A stretch of DNA of 64,000 nt, taken from Cercozoa sp. M6MM. Lineage: Eukaryota > Protista > Endomyxa: Ascetosporea. A program made the position numbers and the translations under genes. Under the pieces are notes generated by a model. The model worked only from the letters and a program-made list of their open reading frames with translations. It was not told the origin of the DNA and did no database searches. Each line of letters begins with the position of its first letter. The stretch's first letter is position 1. The stretch is from NCBI GenBank assembly GCA_040357565.1, contig JBDODJ010000026.1; one strand, 5' to 3'. Positions 1-13,700 of the stretch are shown here, piece by piece.

Positions 1-45
<45 letters not shown>
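1..45. repeat. (AC)n microsatellite, intronic
   Basis: Direct reading. Confidence 0.95.
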
Positions 46-47
<2 letters not shown>

Positions 48-212
48 TATACAGACACACAGTGACACCACGACAGAGTGAGACAGTGAACGTACGCCAT
101 CCACCTCGTCCTCGATCGAGGTGCCGGCGCCGTCCACGTGCAGAAGCCGTGCCCACACCGAGAGCTGCAGTTCCTCGCAGCGACGCAGTTCTTCCAGTTC
201 CTCGTCTATGCA

Positions 213-257
<45 letters not shown>

Positions 258-2488
258 CATACATACAATCATGTACTACCATCATAATTATGAACAGTAC
301 CCTCATCAGCCAGCTCAACATAGTCGCCGCAGTGGCTTCCTCCCACTCCGAAAAGCATCGACCGAAGCACCGCTCCTGCAACACTCCACCATCATTCGCA
401 ACAATAGTGGGAGGGGAGGGGCACCCATCGAGAAACCGTCAGATAGGGCCGATCGAAGTCCAAGGGCAGCAGCCTCCGGGGCACAGTATCCGCGTGAAGC
501 CTGTGTCAGCAGCACCCACAGCTCCGTGCCCCCGCACTCACAACCAAACATCCCACACTGGTACAGAACGAGTACACAGAGGCTGCTCGTGCGACGAGAA
601 TGGCTCGCGAAGCACGCGCAACATTGGCAGCAGCGCGTCCTCCTCGTCAGTACTAGCAGCACACAGCCATACATGCACCACCAGGGTGCACTCACAACAT
701 ACAGTACAATGTTAGTATACTCATAGTCGAGCCGGGTCTGTCGCAGTCGGTGCGTCAAGTCGCGAGCACTCTGAGCGCCGCTGGCCAGCAAACGAGCTGC
801 CTCGCAGCCCTTTACACATGCACGCATAAAAAGGTAGACACAAGTATATTATAAACACAGTGCACGCACCTTTGGGTGCAAGCGAGAGCGGCCGCCCAGG
901 GAAGCTTCTCCGTAGTCAATGAGCGTCGCATGAATGCAGCCGGACTCCGTCTGCACAGAGGCAAGCGGTAGGTAGCACAACATTGCTGATGCACAGCATA
1001 TGACTACTAGCACATACCTGGTGGAACAGCTCAAAGAACTCGCCGAGAGAGGTGCAGGCTTCGATGCGAGCGCAGACAGTGTCGTCACTCGAGGATAACA
1101 TGACATTGCCCGGCGCAATGTCATTGTGCAGTATCTCGTTCTCGTGCAGTCGCTTCACCAGTTGGCAGACCGGTGTCATCAGTGCCACAGTCGCTCGGGC
1201 GGCTCGCTTCAGTTCCTGCTCGTTTGCTGCAACACGCACACAGTACATAGTACACACATACACATACATACACACACATACACACATACACACATACACA
1301 CATACACACATACACACATACACACATACACACATACACACATACACATACACACATACACATACACACATACACACATACACACATACACACACGCACC
1401 AACAAAGCAATACGAGGGCATACCAAATGGCGCCGTGTTGGCCAAGAGTTGTTGCAGCGAACGGCCGCGCACTCGCTCGACGGCAATCGCAGTGTCCGTG
1501 CTGTCTGTGTCAGTGCTCGTGTTGTTGGGGATGACAACTTCGACACGTTCCACAGGCACGTCTTTCTGCACACACAAGCCCCAGGCACACTCATGTCAGA
1601 TAATCTATGCACAAGGAAGCAGCAATGCTTACCTGTTGCAGAGAGGCCACACGTGTCTCCAGATCGCCTTGTACGACACCGGTGGCGAGTACGGGCACAG
1701 TGCCCACAGGTGTGACCGTGTGCCGCCTGTTACATCAACACACGCGCGTACATTATACACCATGATTCTGGACACCCCGACAAGGACACGAGGTACGACA
1801 AATCGTCAGCGGCCAGTCGTTCGGCGGCTTGCGTCGCGTCTAGTTCGAGTTTCAGCGTCTCGGACGCCTGAGCACCGGCTCGGCAGAGTTCCCGGTCCCT
1901 GTTGCACATAAATACACACAGAGAGAGATAGAGTACATCAAATCTGAATTAACACAAACGAGACACAGTGTACCACTGCTGGTTGAAGAGCTCGAGTGCT
2001 TTGGACCACACTTTGACAAGACGTGCACAGTTCACAGACTTATCGATGAGTTTCTGGACGTGATCGCGAGGAATGGTCTTGTCAACGAGGGCAGCACGCA
2101 CGTCATCGGCGCTTCGCACCAGCTCGCTCACCTTCTCGGTCAGGTGTGTTTGGAGTTTCTCATGCTCGGCGGCATTCACCCTGCATGTGTGCAACGACAC
2201 AGTCAAACGTAGACAGAACAAGAGCATCGACAATCGCAAGCATACTCGCACACGCGGCGTTGGCTGAAGCGCACGTTCGGCGCCTTGACAACGCAAGTTT
2301 TGTCCGCCACTGCCAAAGCACACAGATATGAGATGATTGGACTCGAATAAGTAGTACTCATGGCCGAGCGGTCCATGTACTCGAGTAGAGTAGAGTAGAG
2401 GAGAATCAAAATCAGCAGAAGGGATTACCTTCACGGTGGCGTAGTAGTGCCGGCCGGCAGGATTCGTTGAAGTTCCGTGGGTCGGCAT
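1..2488 (-). CDS. Divergent protein kinase, multi-exon, 3' end outside window
   Basis: Spliced exons give catalytic-loop LHNDIAPGNVML (~1140-1100), LIDYGEA (~920), RGYCAPE and SDGFSMG (~490-425); GT-AG introns between; start MPTHG at 2488 is tentative. Confidence 0.7.
1253..1395. repeat. (CATACACA)n microsatellite inside kinase intron
   Basis: Direct reading; same unit recurs in introns at ~37990-38035, 49681-49795, 62395-62460. Confidence 0.95.
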
Positions 2489-2530
2489 TCGTGTCCATGT
2501 TGGACTGACCAATGGCACGCAGCACAAGTG

Positions 2531-2576
2531 CAACAACAACAGCAGCAGCAGCAACAACAGCAGCATCAGCAGCAGC

Positions 2577-2622
<46 letters not shown>

Positions 2623-2633
2623 NNNNNNNNNNC

Positions 2634-2697
<64 letters not shown>

Positions 2698-2735
2698 GCA
2701 ACAACAACAACAACAGCAACAACAACAACAACAGC
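2531..2735. repeat. (CAA/CAG)n trinucleotide repeat with 10-N gap
   Basis: Direct reading; explains polyL/polyQ/polyT ORFs in the track. Confidence 0.95.
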
Positions 2736-4132
2736 TACTCAAACACAGTCATGAGTCGGAGAGACGAGACCAAAAGTACCATGTTCTCGTTTGTTGTTTG
2801 TAAGTCTCTTTCTTTGTCAAACATAGCGAAGTTTCAGTTCATCTCAAAAAAACGCGCCACGACACAAAACTCAGAACAGAAAACAAAAACACGCGCACCT
2901 CAGGGCGTGACGCTCGCGGTCGGCGGGCGTGTTCTGGCGCTTGGTTTACTCAGCAGGTATCCTATACGACTATCCTAACACAAATCTGTTGTGGTTTGGG
3001 CGTGTTGTCCGTGTGCACATTTGACCCGTCTTCTTTGATGCTGCTGCGGTCACTGACCCGGCGGTTTCTGCGAAGGTTTAGGCCACTAGGACTCGCGCCA
3101 ACCACAATACCTGGTGCGGTCTCGTGCGTAAAGACAGCTGATGTGCGAATTGTGGCGATTAAAGCACGCCAGAGTTGCCGAAATGCGCAAAATTTCTGTC
3201 AATGGGAGAACACGGATCTCGCGAAGAACAGTGCCACCCAGACACTGGGCCGCGACATTTCTCGCTTTCGCACTCACAGTACGTCGTGTAAGAGCGAGTT
3301 TAAGCATGCCTATTGTAACATCAGTTAGTACTTAATTCTATCAGTGCTATTGTATGCTCTAAATAGGCACTCTGCGGCCGAGTTGTTTTTGCACCAAAGC
3401 CGTGCCCCGTGTTTTGGCAGGCTTTACACCACGTAGCTGTGTGTGCACTAAGCGTAGTGCTAGGGTATTTGGGACGTATTGAAATGCTTCGGTGTCTGCT
3501 TGCAGCTGATCTGCCTCGAGCTTGAATAGATGTCTAGACAGGACTGTGGCGCGAACAACATAGTGTAGTGGCCAAATTCACTGTCTGCAGTGCCTGGGCA
3601 AAAGAATTGCCAGGTGCCGTGCCTGGGCAAAAGGAAGGGACGTGCGATTTTCTGGCATCTGGGCAGTTCCTTTTGCCGCACGGTGAAAATGCGTCGGGAG
3701 ATGGCGTGAAAGCTATGTGAGTCTCACAGCCAATGTGACGCATACTCTACATCTCGTTATTGCTTTGCTCTGCTGCGGCACCTGACCTGCGCGTGGCGTG
3801 TGTCTGCACGCCGCTGTCAGTAGATGGGTAGTATGCCACACCTGCACACGTAGGAGTGCCCGCAAAATGCACGCGACCTTGGTTTTAAATTTGGCAAACC
3901 CTGAGTACCAGTACTGTGCGGTACTACAACTTAGGAAAAGAAAAAATATATTTCCACAGAGCGAGCGTAGAGGGTACACGACGGCGAAGAGAAGCCACGT
4001 TGTCGGCACAAAAGACCGAACAGACTAGGACTGTGTTAGGACGACATGACGAGCTGGCGTTTTCCGCAATGGTGGTGCGTTTATCGTTCAGTTTCAGTTT
4101 CACACTATTGACAGTGACTCTTGTTCAGTATC

Positions 4133-5882
4133 TTAGTCAAACTCGCGGTGCTTCAGGATTTTGGGCGCGACCAACGTCCACAGGTACAGCGCAATGATGC
4201 AGTACACTGTCGCTATGTGTGTCCAGAGTTTAAGGTTGCCCGCGTGCGTTCTACTGTCCCAATTCCACGCACACAAAGACAGACAAACGTAGCCGCACCC
4301 ACACGCCAACGCAAAGTAGAATCCCATTTGCGACCGGCGCACAGCTTCTTCGATCTCGGCGCGCGCACTATTGTCTTGAGCCTCCTGTTCGGCCGCATCC
4401 AACATGGTCTGCACCTCTTTGTCGTGCGACGATGCAACACTTCCTCGGCGCAGCAGTCCACCGATGTCAGCAAGGTTGTATCTGAATAGAAATGTCCCAA
4501 GTTGCGCGAACTGCAGTGTAGTTATGCAGGGCATCAAGCACGAAAACTCACGAAGGTCGACGTGTGCTGCTCAAGTCGTCGATCGCTCGAGAGACGCGCC
4601 GGGAACCCAGCACAAGCAGCAGACAGGCCCAGCCAACCTCGAGTACTTTCAGGTACTTGTTGGGTTGTGCTTTCGGGTCATACTATGAGGGCAACACGAT
4701 TATTCTGTAGAACGAATACACGGAGAATGATAGTTACCAGGCGATTGCATGGGGAGGCAAACGCATAAAATGACACGAAAAGTGTAATCGCGAGATGTGT
4801 TGTCAACAAGATGGACACGAGAATGCTGCCGTGTTCGCAGAACTGCAACAAATAGAAGTCCACGGGGCGTTGTACGTGAAAGTGCATATAGTGTGAAAGT
4901 GCGTATAGTGTGTCTGCAACGAACCGGTGAGATGGAGAGGCCGGTAAAGGCAAAAGCTAGCAAGAGCACTGACACAAGGACCCCAATCGGCATTTTGCAG
5001 GACACAGCCGTATCGTTGGTGAACAAGTGCAATTGGACGCTCAGAAAGGCCACCACGCCAGCTATATGTAGAGGAGATTGTTCATACCCATGTACCCGTA
5101 GTTATGAGTCAGTTTACTAACCTGCAAGCACGAGTGTCACTGTCACCAAGAGACCGACCTTTAACGAAGTGTTCACTCGGCCCAGTAGCGATCTGAAGTT
5201 ATGCAGCTATAAACTTACCACAATAGGAGGTCTAACAGTAGCGGACTCACTCATTGAAGTCGTAGACCCGCGAGATAAGAATCATTGCTTCAGCCACGAT
5301 AAAAATACAGGCTGCTCCGACCACCACGTAGGCAACTGTAGGTGCTCAAACAAGGTGGGTCACCACTCGAATCTAATCATCGTGAGGGAGCGCATATGTT
5401 TATGTACGGGGAAGAAAGACCACGTCGGGCACCCAAACCAGCGCAGCGTACACGAGCATGCCCAAAAGTGCCAATCGGAACAGCCATATCAACAGGGCAC
5501 CGCTCAAGGAAGTCACGCGTCGACGAAAGACGGCTGCGATCGTCGAAAGCTGCACAGCAGAGGTATGGCAACGAGATCAAGCTTCAGTTGATGTACTGAC
5601 GGCTTGTGGGAGTTTTGATAAACTGCAGGTACCCAAAAGTGAAGCACCAACGCAACTGGCCAGAGCAAAAAGAAGCGCATTGATACCGAATGCAACAGCA
5701 TGTCTACAGAGGGTACCTCCAGTGCGCATGTAGCGTGAGATTGTATGCTTGCTGTCAAAGTCGTCCGGAAGCGCAAAACTCACGATTAAGAAAGCTAACA
5801 CCACGACGCAAATCGAAAGAAGGCGCGACAGCATCATTCTTTTTGTGTCGAGCTCGAGTTTTCTGCGAGTCGGCCGTAGCAT
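4133..5882 (-). CDS. Serine incorporator (SERINC/TMS) family membrane protein, multi-exon
   Basis: C-terminus FYFALACGCGYVCLSLCAW...LWTHIATVYCIIALYLWTLVAPKILKHREFD* matches SERINC terminal motif; spliced N-part WLFRLALLG...VPDVVF...CIFIVAEAMILISRVYDFNE. Confidence 0.85.
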
Positions 5883-6092
5883 TTCCAAACCTGGCGCAGC
5901 AAATACAGTTTCTTTATGAGCTAAAACAATACTGACAGAGCTTTACCTATCGCAAGAGCACTTCGCGCAGCCACGTGCCCGTCAAGGGTCCATCGTTTAG
6001 TTTTGGCGCAAATAAAACCGACGTACTTATAAATTTAATTGGGACAACAAACAATCCAGGTAGAGCTGCTGCGGTCTGCCCGAGAGACTAGA

Positions 6093-6966
6093 ATGGCTGA
6101 AGCCGAAGAATCGCTTGATCTCGCTGACCTGAAGCGAATTTTCGATGCTTGGTATCGACCAATCTGCCTCGTGCAGACAGGTTTCGTGTACCTTGGTTGA
6201 ATCTCAGTGACACTGACAAGAGCGGCGCAATTGACGCCCAGGAACTCCACAACGCTCTGATTGCGCTAGGCGTTTCCTCGACTTTCGTACAATGCAAGCA
6301 GATGGTACAGTGTCCATACCCCGAGCTGGAGGCAGATATCCACAGGCAATTTTGATTTATGATGAACCCCAGATCGACAGCATCGACGTAGACAAAAGCG
6401 GCACTGTAGACTGTAAGTTATTTGTACAAATTAAAGCTCTGTTTTGCTGGTATGATTGGGTCATTTGAATCTCAGTGGAAGAGTTTATGACGTTGATACG
6501 TTCGCGTCAGGGCGGTGTCTCGAGAGAGGAGGAATTGCAACAAGGTTGGCGCAGTTTTCTTTCATGTAAACTGTAGGCAAAAAGCCTGAAGTGTGCTGTG
6601 CACGTAGCTTTCGCCTGCTTCGACCGCGCCGGTGACGGTACTATCGGCTTGGCGGAGGTTCGGCACGTGCTTGGCACGATAGGAGAGAAGAACCTCACCG
6701 ATGACGAAATTGACGCGATGCTCAAACACGCAGGTGCTGTAGGCGGCCGGCTCGACTTTGAGCAGTTCTGCAAGTTGGCTAACGGCATCCCCATAAGCGA
6801 GGTGGAGCAGCGGGAAGTCGATGCACAGATACTTAAAAAAGTGGCTTCCGGGGTCAAAGTGCGTCCAGCCTCTGAAACACCACCCGAAAGCGAAGAAGCC
6901 GGCGTCAGCAGAACTAGCTCTGGCTCCGCCAGTGAATCCCAATCCGAATCTGACTTTGGGGGTTAG
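6093..6966 (+). CDS. Calmodulin/centrin-like EF-hand protein with acidic Ser-rich tail (5 exons)
   Basis: Spliced EF loops DTDKSGAIDAQE, DVDKSGTVDLEE, DRAGDGTIGLAE; 4 canonical introns keep frame; stop TAG 6966. Confidence 0.9.
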
Positions 6967-7588
6967 TGAATCGGTGTAAAGTCGAATCTGACATTGGTGG
7001 TAAAATCGGTACCGCAGCTGCTTTATCGTAAATATAAACTTAGTTTGAAGTTGCCGGCCAGAGAAAACTTGAGGGTAAACTCCTCTCGAAACTTTGGAGA
7101 TCGCCAAGGTAGATTTACTCGCCGGTGAGCTAACGGTGAGAGCTCGTGTCTCCTCTGATCGACTCAAAAATCCAGACGTTTCTTCTGGACGTCTGCTGAA
7201 GGGATCGATGAAGAGAGGCTCTCCTTCGTCTCCTTCAAGAGAAGGTTGCGCGAAGAAGGCCCCGTGCTTTGATCAGTTTTTGTCACGTTGTTGCTAGCGT
7301 AAATCTTCCTCAACTTCCTCCTGACCGGACTTTGGTGTATATTGCAAGCGTGTAGGACACACCTTGAAGAAGATGTTTTGGGAACTTCAAAAGGGGAAAT
7401 GAGTTATGACCCCATTCTAAGCGGGCGGTAAACTAAAGCTATGCGATGCGACACTTTTCTTGTGACACACCTCAGAACTGGCGAGTACAGGGGAACTACA
7501 TAGTTTGTTTCTTAGTAGACTTAACTAAGTACCCGCGTCACCATCCGACGAAAAATGTACACGTGTGGGTGGAGCGTCAGTCATGATC

Positions 7589-9032
7589 TTAGAGACACTT
7601 GGCCTCATTGCGCAGCTTGTCGATGAGCTCGTCGACGTCGGCCACGATGGCGCCACCCTGGCGTGCCGGCGGGTCGTCCACTGCAATAACCATGTGTATA
7701 CACTGATCGACCCAGGGGTGTGTGTGTGTGTGTGTGTGTGTGGGGGGGGGGGGGGGCGGGTACCACGAACAGTAGTCACAAGCGGCGTCAATTCAGCCTC
7801 CTCCAGACCGAGGTCCGACTGTGGTTGGAATTGAATACGGGGGTAAGCGTGTGCGGGTAGCCTAAAGGTACCGGTGAGTATTCCTCGATCGGCTTCTTGC
7901 GCGCCTTCATGATGGCCGGCAGCTTGACGAAACGCGGCTCGTTAAGACTGGGGGGGGGGGGTAAGCGGTAGGTAAGTGGGGTAAGAGGGGTACAGGGGGT
8001 CAGAGCGGTACAGGGTCAAAGGGGGGTAAAAAGGCCACATACCGCAGGTCGGCAGTCACAATGGCCGGCGTCTGTAGCGACAGCGTCTGCAAGCCGCCGT
8101 CAACCTCGCGCGTCACTTGCACCTCGTCCTCATTGACCGTCACCTGTACAAAATGGACCGTACATTGTGCACTAAACCGAGCCCATAGAGCCCAGTACAA
8201 ACCTGAGCCCAGCACAGACCTGAGCCCAGTACCAACCTGGGCCCAGTCAAATATGTCAGCCCCACTGAACTCACCTCCGAAGCGAACGTGGCCGACGGGA
8301 ATCCCGTCAATTGCGACAGCATCTGGCCCTGCAGTGCGGGGGTAAAGAGGGTAAGGGGAAGGGGTAAAAGCGGTAAAAGGGAGGTATAGCTGCAGTTACG
8401 GTGGCATTGTCATCCGAGTCGATCGCCTGCTTGCCCAGGAACACAAGGTCCGGCTGCTCCTTCTCGACGACCTTGTTGAGAATCTGCGCCACCGCCAGCG
8501 GCTGCAGGTCTCTGCACACACCATACAAGCTTCCGCGCGGAACCTGTCACCATGAGAGAAACGCACCTGTCGGCTGGCAGGTCCTCCGACGTCACAACGT
8601 GGATGGCACGGTCGGCACCCATGCCTGGGGGGGGGGGGTAATTGGGGTTTTTGAGAGGGGTAAACTGTACCCATGGCGGTGCGCAGCACGTCCTGCGGCT
8701 TGAGCGACGGCGGGCCCACCGTGACAGCAACAACCTCCTTCACCTTGCCGGCCTGTATCACAAGCGTTTCTCAAGTGGTACAGCAAGGTGGCTACAGCAG
8801 CAATGGCACCTGCTTCAACAACACGGCCTCCTCCACCGCGATTTCGCAGAACGGGTTGATCGACATCTTCACACCTGTGACATGACACACACATGCACAC
8901 CAATACAGCCATCAGACGACGTAGTGAAGACCAGGTGCTTTTACCAGACAGGTCAACGCACATCTTGTCAGCGCGGACACGCGCCTTCACGTTGTAGTCA
9001 AGCACTCGCTTGATGGCAACAAGAGCTCGCAT
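7589..9032 (-). CDS. ETFB: Electron transfer flavoprotein beta subunit (10 exons)
   Basis: [68 protein letters not shown]; 9 GT-AG introns mapped in frame. Confidence 0.95.
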
Positions 9033-9286
9033 GCTGCAGCACACACAACAATATGCACTCAAACTAATCAATTCGAGACAAAAAAAAAACACGCAGGCTT
9101 TCGAGTGCTAAATCAACACATACACCTGTTGCTTTCTTGTGTCTACTGCGTGTGGTTTGCACGCCCGGCCTGCTTGGTGCGTCTCTGCAGTGATCGATCC
9201 CACCCTTAACGAATTCTCGGACTTTGCCACACACTTCTTTTTGCACGAAAAGACGCCGATCTTTGCGGAGCTAAAGCAAAAGGGGC

Positions 9287-10164
9287 ATGGACCAGCAAGT
9301 CGACGACTCGTTTGTAGCGCTGCAGCTGCCAAATTCGCTGATCGCGACCCAATGGCTACGAGAAAGTGAGGTAAAATAGTGTGTGTGCACGAGTAACTAA
9401 CATTTCGTTTTCGTGTAGCTGCTCGACGATGCAAGGCTCGGTCGCACAGTGTTCGGTGCACAGTACCAGTGCGATCCTACAACGGACCTGTTGCGCTTGG
9501 ACCGCGAAGTGCCAATGGACCTGTAAGCCAGTGTGCCAGTATCCAGCGTCCAAGTGGTGATTGACGAACGTTTGGTACTTTGTTTGATGTCATAGGGTTC
9601 AGATGTTTCTGAATGACGCAAACAAGAGCAAAATGTTCGATCCTGACGACGTTGATGACGTGTGCTTGTTCGTGCCTGCCTCGGTGGTCAAGCAGCGCGG
9701 CGCAGCTGCGCTGTACCAAGACCTGTGCTACCTGTGCGGTGCTCCCCGTTTGCTGACCGCGTGCGACTCAATTTGGCTTACGTTGGACGCATTCACCCCG
9801 ATGTGTAAGGAACTTTCAGTGCCATGTTCACTTCCCTACACTTGCGCGTTTGTGCGTGTACTGTAGAACCAGTCTACTGAAGGCCATCAGTGCTTTTCTG
9901 GCAGCAGACGCGGTCATTCAGCTGTCTGCCTACTCGTACTGCAATTCGAACAAGCTGCCCTCCGTGAGTGTGAACTACGAACAGCACTTCCAAACCTACA
10001 ACAATCAAGGCGTGAAAATTGACGGCAATCAAGGTGTTATTGAAGCCGAGCTTCGCCGCACCCTGCAGCAGTGCTACAGTCTGTGGCCTTCTCGCATCGA
10101 GCACCTTCACAAGTGCGTCGTGCACATCGACTTCCCTGCCCACCCTGACAGCAGCCAACGTTAG
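9287..10164 (+). CDS. Uncharacterised ~240-aa protein, paralog A of gene at 45132-46111 (4 exons)
   Basis: Spliced MDQQVDDSFVALQLPNSLIATQWLRESE|LLDDARLGRTVFGAQYQCD...LYQDLCYLCGAP...; aligns with paralog B including intron positions. Confidence 0.85.
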
Positions 10165-10622
10165 TCACGTTCCTTGTCGAACTGAAACTGAAAGAGTAGA
10201 ATTTTCGTTAAAGACACATATTTTCCAAAACACTCCGGCCCAGGGCAGACTTGGGGCCTGGATGTATCTCGAACAGTCCCAGAGACGGCAGCGAGACGTG
10301 ACGAACGGAATCTAAATAGGGGAGGCTGTCGTTTCGCACTGCAGCTTACGCCCGCCAGACCGTTGCGTTTTAGAAAGAGTTACTGTACAATATGCAACAT
10401 TCGATTTACTACCGTACTAATGTTTCTAGAATATACCATATCGTATGTATGGTACGCTAAATTTACACTTTGTTGCTCCAGTCTGTCAGACGAGAGACTA
10501 TCGTATGGTACAACGCTCGGATCCAACGCAAGGGAAGCGAGTCGAGAGAAGTTACAGAAGTTACATTCAGTTGTGATTATGGACATGTGGCATTGTCAGT
10601 GCGGTGTGATATTGACAATGAT

Positions 10623-10673
10623 GTGACAGTGACAGTGGCAGTGACAGTGACGGTGAAAGTGACAGTGACAGTG
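10623..10673. repeat. (GTGACA)n hexamer repeat
   Basis: Direct reading, in 3' region of GPCR gene. Confidence 0.85.
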
Positions 10674-10733
10674 ATCGTCAGTATCAATGCCATTGTGACG
10701 AGTGTGTTGTGTGACAGAGAAGGACAACCTTTT

Positions 10734-13700
10734 TTACACATGCGCGGAAGCAAGGTCACCCGGCAGCGTGGCCATGGCAACACCGGCCGCGTTCGAACTG
10801 TCGTCGTCTCTGTCACTGTCTGACGAGATCGCCGACACTAAGCATTCACAAACAATAGTGAATAGTTCCAATGGAATAGTACAGCTTCAAAAAAGAAACA
10901 GGTTACTCGAACGAGAACGTGTGGTGTATCTGGAGTCCTTTGCACCGGCGAGACGCGACTCGATGTTGCTGCTTCTCTTGCCAGAAGAGTCACTCATATG
11001 AGTGGATCCCAGAGTTGAAACTGAGCCGGTCTGCAGCAAGTGGTTGCCACGCAGCACCGTGTAGACACGACCCGCGAACAGGTACAGCAGAGTCGAGAAA
11101 TTCAGCAGGAAGGTCGACAGCACTGTCAACACATAGACCGAGCGTGGGTCCTCCGACTCCACCAGCAGCTGCGTCGGCTTTGTCAACAGCGAGATCACAA
11201 ACACGAGCACCATAGTCTGGCGCCTGTATTCCAGGATACACATGCAACACGCAGACGCAACACAACAGGTCAGTGTACACGTCGGCAGAGTCGTTGAGTG
11301 CAGGAATACTGACACCACGCAGTTCATTGGCAAGCCACAGACCGCCGATCATGAGCAAGCACTGGAAGCCCAGTGTGGTCGCGTAGAACGCACCGTCATA
11401 CTTGTCGCTATACAAGTCAATGTACTTTCAGACAAGACTACAAACTACAGTTAAATGTAGAGAAGGCATACCGAATCTTACAGTGCTCGGTGAACTCGTA
11501 AACGTTGGCGTCCAAGGCGTGGTTGTACTGCATAGACCGCTGCGTGCGCTCAAGGAATATAGCGTCGTAGCCAACGTCGAACACGAGCATGATGACGCCA
11601 GCTACAAAGACCACGAGGCCCACCACGGCAGCCAAGTGCTTATCCGTCATCCGGACAATCGTCCAGTCGTTACGAGTAAAGATCACGTAGACACGTAAGG
11701 CCTACGCATGCTCAGTGTTAATGCAACACTACAGGCAAAACACAATGAAGCCATTGTACCTTGGCAAGCAGTGCACCGAACACAATCGCGAATGACAACT
11801 GCTCGTTTGCGCATGAGTCATTTTCGGTTTGACAATTGCGTGTAAAAAATTTATGTGGAAGGGGTATTATCGATACCTGCTCGGTCCAAAAGAAGGCGCG
11901 GCACACTGTTTCGGCATCGGCTTGACTGCTGACACGCTGCGAGTCCAGGTGCAGATACAGGATCGACGTGAAGGCAAACACAATGCCGAGCAACTGGATG
12001 GTTTGAATGTTCGGCGCGCCCATCTGAGTGTAAGTTTTTATACACGCACGCACATACTTTGTGTGCCCAGGAGTAAAACACTCAGTAGTATAATATCTAC
12101 CTTAACGTAGCGCAACTCTCGCTTCATGTTGATGTACACTGCAGCACAAACACAAGAAATAACTAAGTTAAGCTACACATGTCAACAAGAGGTATGGATA
12201 CCAATGACAGCGAGGGCAGAGCAAATGCCAATAACACCAAGAAGAACACCAAGCATGCCGATCTCGACTTGATTGAGCATCTCGACCTTGCCCGGACCGT
12301 CGGCAGGCAACAAGGCGTTGTCGCCAGGCTGGCCCTCCACGGCATCGGCCGAGAAATCCACCAGAATAAGTTGACGCACACGAGCGATGTCGTCCTCGTT
12401 ACTGCCGTCGCTTGTGGCAATGACCTCGTCACTCGAGCCGTCAGTAAAGGCGATAGCATGCGTGTCCAGATCCCAGGTACCAATGACCTGGAAGTCGCCA
12501 CTTGTCAAAGCATTCGCCTGCCATCGCGCAATGCCGTACTGCGGCTTTCGGTCCAGCAAGGGGTCCAGTTCGATCGAACCTGGGCAACAAAGTACAGTAG
12601 CAGCGGTACATGCGAATACTACCAAGGGCTTTATCGATACCAGAGTGGCCAAAAAAGCTCTTGGAACGGATGGAGTCGTGCATGGCGAGACCGAACTTCA
12701 TGTGGTCTTCAAAAACCTCGGCGAGTTCGGCGGCCTCGCTGCCCGTGGCCGTGCGATTGCGCTCGACCAACTCGTCGAACGCGAGTGCAAGAAGCACGAC
12801 CGAGTCGTAGGCACTCTCGGCAACGAAGTGAATGCCCGTCGACAATGCACTGAACGGCGCATTGACAGAGAGAGCGTCGTGGAATGCCTTCTTTGAGCGC
12901 AGATATCCCGTACGCTTGGGATGTCCCTCGCGTGACCACAGTTCCACTTCGAGCAACGAGTCATTGTTCTTCTTGTACATTTGCGACGGCAACGTGAGTG
13001 CCATGGTTCCGGGACGCTTCTTGCCAGCAAGGCCCTGCCAAAGTACATTTGAAAATATACTTAGATATCAGTCCAGTCAAGGCAACAGGCAAAGAGAGAA
13101 GTTACAACAAATGCCGGCCAGTCCGCCGGCGCCAAAATGAGGTGCTGATGCAGACGGAAAAAGTCCTGGAATTCGCCGCCTTCCTTCTCGTCCTTGGCCA
13201 CGATGTCGTACAACAGAGCGTCTAGAGAGATCACAAGAAACACAAAATAACTGGGTCGCCTCAACTGCCCCCCCCCCCCGAAAGAGCATAAAAACGACAG
13301 CATCAAAAGGGCAGCATCAAAGGCACCATCTCCTGTTGTCGTGTGAAGCAGAATAACTCGCAGCTGCTCTTGTTCAATGAGACGCAAGTGCTCGCGCATC
13401 TTGACCTCTGCCTCTGCGTATTCGGCACTGTCCTTGGACAGGAAGCGTGACAACGGAACGGCGGCCTTGTAGCCCACGTCAAAGTCGGCAGCAACGCCAC
13501 CGCGGTTCTTCATCGCATCGGCCAAGTTGGCATGGAACGAGTTGCCGTAGATGTCTAAAGAGTTAGAAGTCCAATGCTGCCTATAATAATTACATTGAAC
13601 ACGGGACAAAGTCTACCGTTAGAGTGCAACAAAGCGACTCGCTTGAAGCCCACGGCCAAGCAAAGGTCAAGAAGCGCCACAGCCTGCAAGAACAACAATA

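Noticed and set aside
1949-2803. PolyL/polyQ/polyT proteins and HTHT/CVCV ORFs in the ORF track
   Set aside because: Translations of (CAA)n and (AC)n/(CATACACA)n microsatellites in non-coding DNA
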